NCBI GenBank assembly: GCA_009698615.1
Contig: WLPU01000005.1
Span: 16,051-80,050, forward strand
Length of the DNA stretch: 64,000 bases
DNA from: Actinomycetota bacterium
GTDB taxonomy: Bacteria; Actinomycetota; Actinomycetes; Nanopelagicales; Nanopelagicaceae
Reading direction: 5' to 3'
Made by a program: the position numbers and the translations under genes. Shown here piece after piece: positions 9,667 through 19,835 of this stretch (positions within the stretch are counted from its first letter, which is position 1; each line of letters begins with the position of its first letter). The notes under the pieces were generated by a model, which was given only the letters and a program-made list of their open reading frames with translations, did no database searches and had not been told where the DNA came from.

Positions 9667-10203
9667 ATGCCAAAACCAAGTAAAGGTCCTCGTTTGGGCT
9701 CTGGCCCATCACACGAGCGCTTACTCCTAGGAACTCTTGCTGAGCAATTGTTTGAGCACGGGAAGATCACTACCACTGAGGCAAAGGCAAAGCGTCTACG
9801 TCCTTTGGCTGAAAAATTGATCACCTTTGCAAAGAAGGGCGATCTATCAGCACGTCGCGAAGTGATGACACGAATTTCAAATAAGAGCGTTGTACATACT
9901 CTCTTCACTGAAATTGGTCCTCGCTTTGTTGATCGCAATGGTGGATACACCCGCATTACAAAGATTGGTCCTCGCAAGGGCGATAACGCCCCAATGGCAG
10001 TAATTGAAGTCCTCACCGATGGCGTTTCTGCAAAGAAAGCAACCGTCGATGAAGCAGAGAAGGCCACTAAGAAAGCTGCGCCTAAGGCCCAGAAGGCTCC
10101 TGCAAAGGCAGCCAAGAAAGCTCCAGCTAAAAAGGCAGCCGGACAAGGACCTGCAAAGAAAGCAGTAACAAAGAAATCTACGAGCAAGAAAGCTGCTGAG
10201 TAA
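9667..10203 (+). CDS. rplQ: 50S ribosomal protein L17 with Lys/Ala-rich C-terminal extension
   Basis: [19 protein letters not shown]..., 178 aa. The AKKA-type repeat tail is common in Actinobacteria. Confidence 0.95.
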   Translation: MPKPSKGPRLGSGPSHERLLLGTLAEQLFEHGKITTTEAKAKRLRPLAEKLITFAKKGDLSARREVMTRISNKSVVHTLFTEIGPRFVDRNGGYTRITKIGPRKGDNAPMAVIEVLTDGVSAKKATVDEAEKATKKAAPKAQKAPAKAAKKAPAKKAAGQGPAKKAVTKKSTSKKAAE

Positions 10204-10221
10204 CAACTCAAAAACATCGCT

Positions 10222-11055
10222 ATGACGGAACCCACTCTGCACCCTCAGAGTGGGTTTCTTCGTTTACGCCTTGATCTTGCTTATGACGGGACACATTTTT
10301 CTGGGTGGGCAAAACAACCACAATTGCGCACCCTTCAAGAAGTAATTGAAGGTGCGATCAGCACAATATCGCGAGTTAATACCGAATCCGTTGTTGCTGG
10401 TCGCACGGATGCTGGTGTGCACGCACTTGGCCAAGTAATTCATGTCGACGTACCAGAGTCACTCGAACTTCCTGATCTGGCTTATCGACTTAATCGAATT
10501 CTCGATGAGGATGTGCGAATTCTCAATGTAAGTGTTGCTCCCTTTGGATTTCATGCACGATTTTCAGCGCTGCGCCGTCATTATTACTACAAGATTTTGG
10601 ATTCGAATCAAGTAGTTTCACCTCTGTCGCGCTTTGATGTAGCGCCTTGGTATCGCCCGCTGGACCTTGATCTCATGAACAAGGCCAGTGCATTGCTTTT
10701 GGGGGAGAATGACTTTGTCGCGTTTTGTAAGTTTCGCGAAGCCTCAACCACGGTTAGAACCCTCGAAAAATTTTCTTGGAGTCGAGATGCTCATGGATTT
10801 CTTATTGCAGAGGTTGTCGCCGATGCCTTTTGTTATTCGATGGTGAGGAACCTTGTGGGAGCAGTCGTCTGTGTTGGGGACGGGAGAAACCCAGCTCAGT
10901 GGGTAAAGGAAATTCTTGAGAACAAAGAACGAGTCTCTGACAGCATGGTCTTTCCAGCACGCGGGCTCACTCTTAAGCAAGTTGATTACCCAACTGATGA
11001 GCAATTACTTGCTAGGGCAGATGCCACAGTTCGCCGTCGCGGTGAAGACGACTAA
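10222..11055 (+). CDS. truA: tRNA pseudouridine(38-40) synthase
   Basis: LAYDGTHFSGWAKQP and catalytic GRTDAGVHA motifs. Conserved position after rplQ. Confidence 0.9.
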   Translation: MTEPTLHPQSGFLRLRLDLAYDGTHFSGWAKQPQLRTLQEVIEGAISTISRVNTESVVAGRTDAGVHALGQVIHVDVPESLELPDLAYRLNRILDEDVRILNVSVAPFGFHARFSALRRHYYYKILDSNQVVSPLSRFDVAPWYRPLDLDLMNKASALLLGENDFVAFCKFREASTTVRTLEKFSWSRDAHGFLIAEVVADAFCYSMVRNLVGAVVCVGDGRNPAQWVKEILENKERVSDSMVFPARGLTLKQVDYPTDEQLLARADATVRRRGEDD

Positions 11056-12656
11056 TGGGACACATCGATGTCAGCGGAATTGATTTTTCCTTATCCGATG
11101 GGCGTGTGCTGCTCAACGACGTGAATTTTCGTGTTGGAGAAGGGGCCAAAGTTGCTCTGATTGGCGCCAATGGATCGGGCAAGACAACGTTGATTCGAAT
11201 GATTTGCGGAGATCTAGATCCTGAGTCCGGATCAATAGCTATCTCTGGCGGCCTTGGAGTTATGCGCCAATTTATTGGCTCAGTCCGAGATGAAACAACG
11301 GTGCGAGATTTATTGATTTCAGTCGCTCCCAAGAAGATTCGCGACGCTGCCCTTGCAGTGAGTTCTTCAGAACACCTTATGAATACTCGCAACGAAGAAC
11401 GAGATCAGATGGCATATGCCCAAGCCCTCTCTGATTGGGGAGATGCTGGTGGGTATGACTTTGAAGTGATTTGGGATGTCTGTTGTACAGAAGCACTCGG
11501 TAAATCATTTGATCGAGTTGCACAGCGAGCAGTCAATACTCTCTCAGGCGGCGAACAAAAGAAATTAGTGCTGCGCGCACTGTTACAGGGGCCAGAGGAA
11601 GTCCTTCTTCTTGATGAGCCGGACAACTATTTGGATGTGCCATCTAAGCGTTGGCTGGAGCAAGTCATTACAGAAACTAAGAAAACCGTTCTTTTCGTAA
11701 GTCACGATCGCGAACTCTTAGATAACACGGCTAATCGAATCGTCACACTAGAACAAGGTGCTAGCGGCAACACCACCTGGGTACATGGAGGAAAATTCTC
11801 TACTTGGCACGAAGCCCGCAAAGCCCGTAACGCTAGATTTGCCGAAGTCTTACTGCGATGGGAGCAAGAACGAGATCGCTTAAAAGAGTTGGTACGCACT
11901 TTGCAATGGCAGGCCGCAAGTAGCCCCGACATGGCCTCCAAATACCGCGCTATTCAAACGCGCTTGCGTAAGTTTGAAGAAGTTGGTGCACTGGAAGCAC
12001 CACCTATCGAACAAGATGTTCAAGTCCGCTTGCGAGGCGGTCGCACCGGCCTTCGTGCGCTGACGATTGAGAAACTTTCTTTAACTGGGCTGACTGATCC
12101 ATTTGATTTCGAGATCTTCTTTGGTGATCGCGTTGCTGTTTTAGGCAAGAATGGCACTGGCAAGTCTCACTTTTTGCGAATGATTTCTGGAGATTCGAGC
12201 GTTGCCTATACAGGAGAATTTAAGTTGGGCGCGCGCGTCTCTCCTGGATATTTTGCCCAAACACATAGTCATCCAGAATTTCAAAATAAGACTCTGCTCG
12301 AACTTTTATGGGAAAACTATTCGTTGCAGCTGGGGCCGGCAAAGAGCGTATTGAGAAAGTACGAAATCCACGGCCAGGCGGAACAAAAATTCTCATCCCT
12401 TTCCGGTGGCCAACAAGCGCGTTTTCAAGTTCTATTACTTGAGCTTTCTGGTTCAACCATGTTGTTGCTGGATGAACCAACAGATAACTTAGATTTAGCA
12501 AGTGCCGAAAGTTTAGAAAGTGCATTAGGCCAATACGAAGGCACGGTTGTAGCGGTCACCCATGATCGTTGGTTTACCCGAGGCTTTACTCGCTATCTAA
12601 TTTTTGGGGCAAACGGACAGGTCTACCAGAGCCCAGAGCCCATATTTGAGCACTAA
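11055..12656 (+). CDS. ABC-F family ATPase (two NBDs, no membrane domain)
   Basis: Two Walker A sites (GANGSGKTT, GKNGTGKSH) and two signatures (LSGGEQKK, LSGGQQAR), joined by a charged linker. 533 aa. Confidence 0.85.
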   Translation: MGHIDVSGIDFSLSDGRVLLNDVNFRVGEGAKVALIGANGSGKTTLIRMICGDLDPESGSIAISGGLGVMRQFIGSVRDETTVRDLLISVAPKKIRDAALAVSSSEHLMNTRNEERDQMAYAQALSDWGDAGGYDFEVIWDVCCTEALGKSFDRVAQRAVNTLSGGEQKKLVLRALLQGPEEVLLLDEPDNYLDVPSKRWLEQVITETKKTVLFVSHDRELLDNTANRIVTLEQGASGNTTWVHGGKFSTWHEARKARNARFAEVLLRWEQERDRLKELVRTLQWQAASSPDMASKYRAIQTRLRKFEEVGALEAPPIEQDVQVRLRGGRTGLRALTIEKLSLTGLTDPFDFEIFFGDRVAVLGKNGTGKSHFLRMISGDSSVAYTGEFKLGARVSPGYFAQTHSHPEFQNKTLLELLWENYSLQLGPAKSVLRKYEIHGQAEQKFSSLSGGQQARFQVLLLELSGSTMLLLDEPTDNLDLASAESLESALGQYEGTVVAVTHDRWFTRGFTRYLIFGANGQVYQSPEPIFEH

Positions 12657-12716
12657 GTTCCCTATCGCGGAACAATTCTTTACAGTCATTCAATCCTTGA
12701 GTATTTTCAATCCACC

Positions 12717-13373
12717 ATGAAATATTTTGATATCAGTGGCCCGATCAGACCAGGGACTTGGCATTACGGTGCCCCATATTTTCCATTTGAAATCCAATCT
12801 TTAAGTACCCCAGATTGGATGGATTTTCCTGTCTATGCCGAATCAATCTCGATGCCGATGCAAACTGGGACATATATTGAAACTGCTGGACACGTTTACC
12901 CCAATCAGATAACAACAGCACAATTGCCGCTAGAGCGAACAATTCTCCTACCGAGTTATTGTCTACAAATGCCAACTGGCGCAAATAGCGAAATTACCAA
13001 GGCCATGATTGTCGATGCGCTGAAGAGAATCGGTAGCCCATCACTTGTTGGAAAAGGTTTGATTATTTCCACGGGGTGGTTTAAACATTGGTTTGATCCT
13101 GATTATTTGTCCGAGGGCCCATTCTTTTCTGCAGATGTAATGGAATTTATGGTCGCATCAGAGGTCAGTTTGCTGGGCTCAGATATGCCCTGTTGGGACA
13201 GCCCAACCCATCCCACGGGACATCTTTTGAACTTCTTTAAAAGTGATGCGCTGATGTTGGCTCCGGTGTTTGGCACAGATCGCCTCGCAGAAGGAAGTGG
13301 CCAACTCATTGCGATACCCCTAGCGATTGAAGGCACGTCTGCATCACCAGTTCGGGCTGTCTGGGTTGCTTGA
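12717..13373 (+). CDS. Cyclase/arylformamidase-family-like protein with degenerate metal motif
   Basis: 218 aa. QTGTYIETAGH lies where the family has HxGTHxDxPxH. Weak, motif-level call only. Confidence 0.45.
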   Translation: MKYFDISGPIRPGTWHYGAPYFPFEIQSLSTPDWMDFPVYAESISMPMQTGTYIETAGHVYPNQITTAQLPLERTILLPSYCLQMPTGANSEITKAMIVDALKRIGSPSLVGKGLIISTGWFKHWFDPDYLSEGPFFSADVMEFMVASEVSLLGSDMPCWDSPTHPTGHLLNFFKSDALMLAPVFGTDRLAEGSGQLIAIPLAIEGTSASPVRAVWVA

Positions 13374-13396
13374 TCTGAGCGCACAAATGAGCTGTT

Positions 13397-13426
13397 TTGA
13401 CCCACTAGGCGCTTGAAAGGTACCCT
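13397..13426 (+). promoter_or_regulatory. Candidate promoter of rplM-rpsI
   Basis: TTGACC (13397-13402), 18-nt spacer, TACCCT (13421-13426, TANNNT type), about 60 nt upstream of rplM. Confidence 0.35.
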
Positions 13427-13489
13427 TACGCCTCTGCGCCAGTAGGTGCGATGCAGGGAAAAGTAGACACTAGAAGCGAGGGTAAGAGC

Positions 13490-13942
13490 GTGCGTACATA
13501 TAGTCCTAAACCTGGAGATGTTGTGCGAAAGTGGCATGTCATCGACGCACAAGATGTTGTCTTAGGTCGCCTTGCAACTCACGCCGCAGTTCTCTTGCGC
13601 GGAAAGCACAAGCCAACCTTCGCAGCTCACATGGACATGGGCGATTTCGTCATTGTCATTAACGCTGAAAAAGTTGCTCTCTCTGGATCAAAGTCCACTC
13701 AAAAGTATGCTCACCAACACTCAGGTTTCCCAGGCGGATTAACTTCTACTGTCTATGGCGATCTTTTGGTGAAGTACCCAACTCGCGCCGTTGAAAAAGC
13801 AATCAAGGGAATGTTGCCAAAAAACACATTGGGTCGCGCAATGGCAACCAAACTCAAAGTTTATGCAGGATCAGAACATCCACACGCAGCACAGGCACCA
13901 ACACCATATGTGTTCGAGCAAGTTTCCCAGATTCTAAAGTAA
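13490..13942 (+). CDS. rplM: 50S ribosomal protein L13
   Basis: An in-frame GTG at 13490 gives the canonical N-terminus (M)[19 protein letters not shown]. The track start at 13451 would add 13 non-conserved residues. Confidence 0.95.
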   Translation: MRTYSPKPGDVVRKWHVIDAQDVVLGRLATHAAVLLRGKHKPTFAAHMDMGDFVIVINAEKVALSGSKSTQKYAHQHSGFPGGLTSTVYGDLLVKYPTRAVEKAIKGMLPKNTLGRAMATKLKVYAGSEHPHAAQAPTPYVFEQVSQILK

Positions 13943-13966
13943 TAGTTAAACAGAGGATAAAAGCCA

Positions 13967-14458
13967 ATGATGTCTGACAACACCGATGTAATCGATATCG
14001 ACGAAGATGAAGTTCCAACTTCATACTCTTCTGCAACCCCAGCTGCTGCAACTAATCGCCCAGCGATTAAAGCACCTGGTGGCGGAACTGGTCGTCGTAA
14101 AGAGGCAGTAGCACGCGTGCGTCTTGTGCCTGGCTCTGGTCGTTGGGTTGTTAACGGTAAGGCTCTTCCTGATTACTTTCCAAACAAGGTTCACCAACAA
14201 TTAGTTTCTGAGCCATTTCGCACAGTGGGTGCTGAAAATGGTTATGACGTTTTTGCACGCATCGATGGTGGCGGCGTTTCTGGTCAAGCTGGCGCACTTC
14301 GTTTAGGTGTTGCACGTGCACTCAATCAAATCGACGAAGAAGCACATCGCCCAGCACTGAAGAAGGCTGGATTCCTTACTCGTGATGCTCGCGTTATTGA
14401 GCGCAAGAAGTACGGACTCAAGAAGGCCCGTAAGCGCTCGCAATACAGCAAGCGTTAA
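13967..14458 (+). CDS. rpsI: 30S ribosomal protein S9 (with actinobacterial N-terminal extension)
   Basis: [16 protein letters not shown]...C-terminal [12 protein letters not shown]. Confidence 0.95.
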   Translation: MMSDNTDVIDIDEDEVPTSYSSATPAAATNRPAIKAPGGGTGRRKEAVARVRLVPGSGRWVVNGKALPDYFPNKVHQQLVSEPFRTVGAENGYDVFARIDGGGVSGQAGALRLGVARALNQIDEEAHRPALKKAGFLTRDARVIERKKYGLKKARKRSQYSKR

Positions 14459-14487
14459 TTCACATCCGCGATATTTAATCCGCGATC

Positions 14488-15828
14488 ATGGCGCTATTTG
14501 GCACCGATGGCATTCGTGGCGTAGCCAATCGTGACCTCACAGCAGAGCTAGCGCTGGATGTTGCGGTTGCTGCCGCTCACATACTTGTTGAATCATCTAG
14601 CAATGCAGATCACCAGCCCACAGCAATTGTTGGGCAAGATTCTCGAGCATCAGGCGAATTTCTAGAGGCTGCGGTTGTTGCTGGATTAACAAGTGCCGGA
14701 ATCAATGTTTATCGAGTGGGTGTTTTGCCGACTCCTGCAGTCGCACACCTAGTAGCACAGAGCAAGGCAGATCTTGGTGTGATGATCAGTGCTTCACATA
14801 ATCCAATGCCAGATAACGGCATCAAACTTTTTTCACGCGGTGGCGGAAAATTGGCAGACTCAATCGAAGCAGCAATCGAAGCTCGCATAGGAGAGCCTTG
14901 GACACGGCCAACGGGTCGAGGCGTCGGACGAGCCATCAATGATGAGAGTGCAACCGAGCGATATCTATCTCACTTATTAGCATCGGTCTCCACGAAACTT
15001 GATGGCATTAGCGTTGTCGTTGATTGTGCAAACGGAGCGTCATCGCGCGTAGCCCCAGAAGCGCTGCGTCGAGCAGGTGCAAAAGTAATCGCGATTTCTG
15101 ATCAACCAGATGGTTGGAACATCAATGAAAATTGTGGCTCAACTCATCTTGAGAATTTGCGTGCGAAAGTTATAGAGACCGGCGCAGATATTGGCATTGG
15201 ACACGATGGCGATGCCGATCGCGCTTTGGCTATTGATGCACAAGGCAATGACATTGATGGGGACCAGATTTTAACAATTCTGGCAATGGGCCTTAAGGCG
15301 CGAGGCGCGCTGAAGAGCAATACCGTTGTAGGAACCGTGATGAGTAATTTAGGTTTCATGAAAGCAATGAAAGCTGCAGACATTTCAGTGATCACAACAG
15401 CAGTTGGGGATCGCTATGTTTTAGAGAAAATGATTGAGTCAGACTATTGTATAGGTGGCGAGCAATCTGGTCATGTTATTTTGCGAGATTTCGCAAATAC
15501 CGGAGACGGCATATTGACCTCCCTTGCCTTACTCCAAGAAATGAAGCGCCAAGGTAAGAGTGCGCAAGAATTAGCAGGGGCAATGGTGCGCTTTCCACAA
15601 ACTTTAATAAATGTGAAAAATGTTGCAAAAGAAAAATTGTCGAGCTCATCACTTATCGCTCAAGCTGTTGGGCAAGCAGAAACTGAACTTGGCGATAGCG
15701 GACGAGTTCTATTAAGAGCATCTGGTACCGAACCCTTGATTCGCGTGATGGTAGAAGCATCCAGTGATAGCGTGGCCTCGGAAATTGCGAAAAGACTGGC
15801 AGAGGTCGTAGCGCAGGAATTGGGGTAA
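14488..15828 (+). CDS. glmM: Phosphoglucosamine mutase
   Basis: LFGTDGIRG start, phosphoserine loop SASHNPMPDNGIK, GHDGDADR metal loop. Confidence 0.93.
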   Translation: MALFGTDGIRGVANRDLTAELALDVAVAAAHILVESSSNADHQPTAIVGQDSRASGEFLEAAVVAGLTSAGINVYRVGVLPTPAVAHLVAQSKADLGVMISASHNPMPDNGIKLFSRGGGKLADSIEAAIEARIGEPWTRPTGRGVGRAINDESATERYLSHLLASVSTKLDGISVVVDCANGASSRVAPEALRRAGAKVIAISDQPDGWNINENCGSTHLENLRAKVIETGADIGIGHDGDADRALAIDAQGNDIDGDQILTILAMGLKARGALKSNTVVGTVMSNLGFMKAMKAADISVITTAVGDRYVLEKMIESDYCIGGEQSGHVILRDFANTGDGILTSLALLQEMKRQGKSAQELAGAMVRFPQTLINVKNVAKEKLSSSSLIAQAVGQAETELGDSGRVLLRASGTEPLIRVMVEASSDSVASEIAKRLAEVVAQELG

Positions 15829-15832
15829 TGCC

Positions 15833-17671
15833 GTGTGCGGGATTGTCGGTTACTCCGGAGGGCAATCTGCAATCGCCCCACTGCTGGAAGGTTTGCGTCG
15901 CCTGGAATATCGAGGATATGACTCAGCAGGGATAGCACTTGGCACTGCAAGTAAATTATTTGTAGAAAAGCGAGCGGGTAAGTTATCTAATCTTGAAGCA
16001 GAACTTAAAGGATCCCTCCCTTCGGCTCATAGTGGAATCGGTCATACGCGATGGGCAACGCATGGTGGACCAACTGATAAAAATGCGCATCCTCATTTAG
16101 ATAACGAAGGAAAACTTGCTGTTATCCATAATGGAATTATCGAAAATTACACACAGCTTCGCGCAGAGCTAGAGCACCGAGGACACTCATTCTCGTCAGA
16201 CACAGATACTGAATCTGTTGCGCACTTGTTAAGCGAGCTGCGAAAGAAACACGGAGGTGATCTCGCCGCAGCCATGCGAGAGGCGGTCACACTGCTTCGC
16301 GGATCATTTACACTTTTAGCGATACATGCAGATGCTCCGCAAACAATTGTTGGTGTCCGTCGCAACTCGCCCTTGGTCGTTGGTATTGGAAAAGGCGAAA
16401 ACTTCATGGCCTCAGATGTAGCTGCCTTCATTGACTACACAAAGAGAGCAATCGAACTTGGCCAAGATGAAGTTGTCACGATTACACCTGAAAAAGTCTC
16501 CATTACTGATCTCAATGGAATTGCAGTTGTGCCCAAAGAATACGAAATAACTTGGGATGCTAGTGCGGCAGAAAAGGGCGGGTTTAATCACTTCATGCTC
16601 AAAGAGATTTTCGAGCAACCCAAAGCAGTCGCAGACACTTTGTTGGGACGCCTGAGTCCAAGCAATCAGATAGTTCTTGACGAGCTTCGCCTATCGACTG
16701 AGGAAATAAAGGCCCTGAAGAAGATAGTGTTGCTTGCTTGCGGAACGGCGTATCACGCGGGAATGCTTGCAAAATATGCAATTGAAAAATGGGCAAAGAT
16801 ATCTGTCGAAGTTGAGCTCGCCAGCGAATTTCGCTACCGAGATCCGTTGATTGATAGCAGCACCCTTGTAATTGCAATTTCTCAGTCGGGTGAAACGATG
16901 GACACCTTGATGGCGCTGCGACATGCTAAAGCGGCCGGAGCTCGAATACTTGCTGTCTGCAATACGAATAGTTCGACGATCCCAAGAGAATCTGATGCAG
17001 TTCTGTATACGCATGCAGGCCCAGAAATTGCAGTGGCATCAACTAAGGCGTTTTTGACGCAAGTGATTGCCGTTTATGTTATTGGCTTATACCTAGCGCA
17101 GGTGCGCGGAATTATGGGCAATGATCAAGTAAAAGAACTTTTTAACGAGATGAGTGCGCTTCCTTCAAAGATCGAGCAAGTTTTAGAAACGGTTGAGCCA
17201 TTGCGTAAGTTAACGCGCGGGTTTGCTCAATCGACATCAGTTCTATTCTTGGGGCGCCATGTTGGCTTTCCAGTAGCACTTGAAGGTGCCCTGAAATTAA
17301 AAGAATTGGCATATATGCATGCAGAAGGTTTTGCTGGCGGAGAACTCAAGCATGGTCCTATCGCTCTGATCGAACCAGGCACGCCAGTTATTGCAATCTT
17401 GCCGACTGGTCATGACCATGGACTCGATGAGAAAATGTTAAGCAATATTCAAGAAGTTAAGGCGCGTGGAGCAAGAGTCATAGTGATTGCTGATGAGGGT
17501 GTGGAGGTCACTGGAGCCGAACACATAATTCGAATTCCAACAACACCAGCGCTCTTTCAACCAATATTGGCAACTGTCCCTTTGCAGGTATTTGCTTATG
17601 AGATGGCGGTCACGCGAGGCAATGATGTCGATCAACCCCGTAACCTCGCAAAGTCTGTGACTGTGGAATAG
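15833..17671 (+). CDS. glmS: Glutamine--fructose-6-phosphate aminotransferase
   Basis: (M)CGIVGY N-terminal nucleophile, two SIS domains, C-terminal PRNLAKSVTVE. GTG start 4 nt after glmM. Confidence 0.95.
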   Translation: MCGIVGYSGGQSAIAPLLEGLRRLEYRGYDSAGIALGTASKLFVEKRAGKLSNLEAELKGSLPSAHSGIGHTRWATHGGPTDKNAHPHLDNEGKLAVIHNGIIENYTQLRAELEHRGHSFSSDTDTESVAHLLSELRKKHGGDLAAAMREAVTLLRGSFTLLAIHADAPQTIVGVRRNSPLVVGIGKGENFMASDVAAFIDYTKRAIELGQDEVVTITPEKVSITDLNGIAVVPKEYEITWDASAAEKGGFNHFMLKEIFEQPKAVADTLLGRLSPSNQIVLDELRLSTEEIKALKKIVLLACGTAYHAGMLAKYAIEKWAKISVEVELASEFRYRDPLIDSSTLVIAISQSGETMDTLMALRHAKAAGARILAVCNTNSSTIPRESDAVLYTHAGPEIAVASTKAFLTQVIAVYVIGLYLAQVRGIMGNDQVKELFNEMSALPSKIEQVLETVEPLRKLTRGFAQSTSVLFLGRHVGFPVALEGALKLKELAYMHAEGFAGGELKHGPIALIEPGTPVIAILPTGHDHGLDEKMLSNIQEVKARGARVIVIADEGVEVTGAEHIIRIPTTPALFQPILATVPLQVFAYEMAVTRGNDVDQPRNLAKSVTVE

Positions 17672-18340
17672 ATGTTAGAAACCCTCGACCCTCGTCGCAG
17701 GCAGATGGCCCGTGCCTTCTGGGGCTCGGCAGCCTTGTTCTTGGGGTTTCTCATCACAACGCAACAAGTCCTCACAAATGGCTCACTAATCAAAGTTGAT
17801 GCAACTATCGCCAACGCCCATCGACATAATTTCACTCCTTGGATCGATTTTATTTTAATGAAGATTGATAATTTGGGATTACGTGGATTGACTGCAACTA
17901 TTTTAGTTTTAAGTGCACTTCTGATCGCATGGAAATTCAAGACTTGGCGGCCACTCAATCTTGCGGTAATTTCTTTGCTGGCACTCAATCTGGTTGTCGG
18001 TTTGGCAAAACTTGCAGTGGGTAGAACAAAACCAAAACTGAATATTGATTTGATTTATGCTGGAGGTCTGTCTTATCCCAGCGGACATGCTTCAAACGCT
18101 TTGCTTACATGGGGGATCCTGGCTTATCTGATCTATCGATATACCTATCGAGACGGCTACCACGGCCGGCTCCTTGCAGGTGGCGTGACCGTTATTACAC
18201 TTTCGGTCTGCACCGTCTCTCTCTTTCGGAATACTCACTGGTTATCGGACCTCTTAGGCGGGTTATTTATAGGGGGAGCACTTTTAGTTCTGGTAATCGC
18301 AATCGATCGATCATTCCCTTCTGAAAGCCAGCGCTCCTGA
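17672..18340 (+). CDS. PAP2-family membrane phosphatase
   Basis: Acid-phosphatase motifs K-x6-RP-like (GRTKP), PSGH and FRNTHWLSD. Multi-TM. The ATG directly abuts the glmS stop (TAGATG). Confidence 0.8.
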   Translation: MLETLDPRRRQMARAFWGSAALFLGFLITTQQVLTNGSLIKVDATIANAHRHNFTPWIDFILMKIDNLGLRGLTATILVLSALLIAWKFKTWRPLNLAVISLLALNLVVGLAKLAVGRTKPKLNIDLIYAGGLSYPSGHASNALLTWGILAYLIYRYTYRDGYHGRLLAGGVTVITLSVCTVSLFRNTHWLSDLLGGLFIGGALLVLVIAIDRSFPSESQRS

Positions 18341-18354
18341 CTTAGTATTAGCCC

Positions 18355-18699
18355 ATGATCGAGGGCATTGGAATTGACGTTGTAGACATCGACCGTTTTT
18401 CGCAATCCCTCGAACGCACCCCGACTTTAGTTGATCGACTCTTTACTGCTTCAGAAAAGACGCTCCCTCTTTCGTCACAAGCTGCGCGTTTTGCAGCAAA
18501 GGAAGCCTTAGCAAAAGCGCTGAACGCTGGCAAAGGATTACCATGGCTGGATGCAGAAGTTATCAACCTCGAATCTGGAAAACCAGAATTTCTCTTTCGC
18601 GGAGAAATTGCAGATCTCATAGACGGTGCATGTGTCCATCTTTCACTTTCACACGACGCAGGCATTGCTTCTGCAATAGTGATTATTGAGCGTCGGTAA
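18355..18699 (+). CDS. acpS: Holo-[acyl-carrier-protein] synthase
   Basis: [15 protein letters not shown]... and SLSHD motif, 114 aa. Confidence 0.9.
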   Translation: MIEGIGIDVVDIDRFSQSLERTPTLVDRLFTASEKTLPLSSQAARFAAKEALAKALNAGKGLPWLDAEVINLESGKPEFLFRGEIADLIDGACVHLSLSHDAGIASAIVIIERR

Positions 18700-19835
18700 T
18701 GTCGGCTCATGCAGAAGTGTTGGTTGACCTTGATGCAATCAAACACAATGTGGCGACACTGCAAGAAAAAGCTGGTGTACCGCTTTTAGCAGTTGTTAAA
18801 GCTGATGCATATGGGCATGGCCTCGTTGCTGTTGGTCGCGTTGCCATCGAGGCAGGTGCACATTGGCTAGGAGTTGCGCTTTTGGAAGAGGCGGTTTTAT
18901 TGAGAACCGCAGGTATCAAAGCTCCAATTATTGCTTGGTTAGTCCCACCTGGTTCTGCCTTTTTGACCGCTGTAAAATCTGATATCGATATTGGCGTGCC
19001 ATCGATTCAGGTTTATCACGATGTTGCACTTGCTGCCGGTCACGCAGGCAAAAAAGCAAGGATTCATATTGAAGTTGATACTGGCATGACTCGTGGAGGT
19101 TTTCTGGAAGAGTGGGGTGCCTTTCTTGAAATTCTCAAAGAGCCCCACGGACACGTTGAAATTATTGGTCTCTTCTCACATTTTGCACGAGCTGATGAGC
19201 CCGGTGAAAAGCAAAATGCCGCGCAACTCAAGAGGTTTCTCGAGATGGCCGATGATCTCAATCAGATCGGAATTGAGCCATCTGTTCTTCATCTTTCAAA
19301 TTCTGCCGCAACGCTGATGGATGCATCTGCGCACTTTGACCTTGTGCGCACAGGCATAGCGATGTATGGGCTCTCGCCAGATCTTCAACATCTTGGCAAT
19401 TCAAAACACTTGGATTTGCGACCCGCAATGACTTTGCGTGCAAAACTCCAATTAGTGAAGGAAGTTTTAGCCAATACTCCAGTGGGTTATGGGGCAACCG
19501 CATTTACGCCCGACGACACAAAACTTGGGGTAGTAGCAATGGGATACGCCGATGGCATTCCACGAATTGCACAAGGCGCCGGTATTTATGTTGACGGCAA
19601 AAGGGCGCCGATCATTGGTCGGGTTTCCATGGATCAATTTGTCGTAGATCTTGGCTCAGATTCACTGGCAAAAGCTGGTGACTGGGTTGTCGTATTTGGA
19701 CCTGGATACGATGGGGAGTACACAGCTGATGATTGGGCAAGTGCAAGCCACAGTATTAATTATGAGATTGTCACTCGGATCAATCCTCGCGTCTCTAGAA
19801 TATATGTCAACAGCGATGGAAATGGAGTTGTGTGA
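18699..19835 (+). CDS. alr: Alanine racemase
   Basis: PLP-lysine motif AVVKADAYGHG. C-terminal domain with YEI..R. 378 aa. Confidence 0.93.
   Translation: MSAHAEVLVDLDAIKHNVATLQEKAGVPLLAVVKADAYGHGLVAVGRVAIEAGAHWLGVALLEEAVLLRTAGIKAPIIAWLVPPGSAFLTAVKSDIDIGVPSIQVYHDVALAAGHAGKKARIHIEVDTGMTRGGFLEEWGAFLEILKEPHGHVEIIGLFSHFARADEPGEKQNAAQLKRFLEMADDLNQIGIEPSVLHLSNSAATLMDASAHFDLVRTGIAMYGLSPDLQHLGNSKHLDLRPAMTLRAKLQLVKEVLANTPVGYGATAFTPDDTKLGVVAMGYADGIPRIAQGAGIYVDGKRAPIIGRVSMDQFVVDLGSDSLAKAGDWVVVFGPGYDGEYTADDWASASHSINYEIVTRINPRVSRIYVNSDGNGVV

Noticed and set aside
9642-10235. 197-aa minus-strand ORF (Ala/Phe-rich) and a 121-aa ORF at 9877-10242
   Set aside because: Both are antisense to rplQ. The open frames are a by-product of the Lys/Ala-rich GCN/AAG repeat tail of L17. 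No start context, and low-complexity translation.
13103-13552. 149-aa minus-strand ORF bridging the cyclase-like gene end and the rplM start
   Set aside because: It overlaps two better-supported plus-strand genes and the likely rplM promoter. No motif content.
15829-15832. glmS ribozyme upstream of glmS, and a ZTP (pfl) riboswitch upstream of purH/folD
   Set aside because: The spacers are only 4 nt (glmM-glmS) and 19 nt (purH-folD), and purN and purH overlap. There is no room for such elements.
18348-18764. 138-aa minus-strand ORF covering acpS
   Set aside because: acpS on the plus strand has the diagnostic motifs and conserved synteny; the antisense ORF does not.
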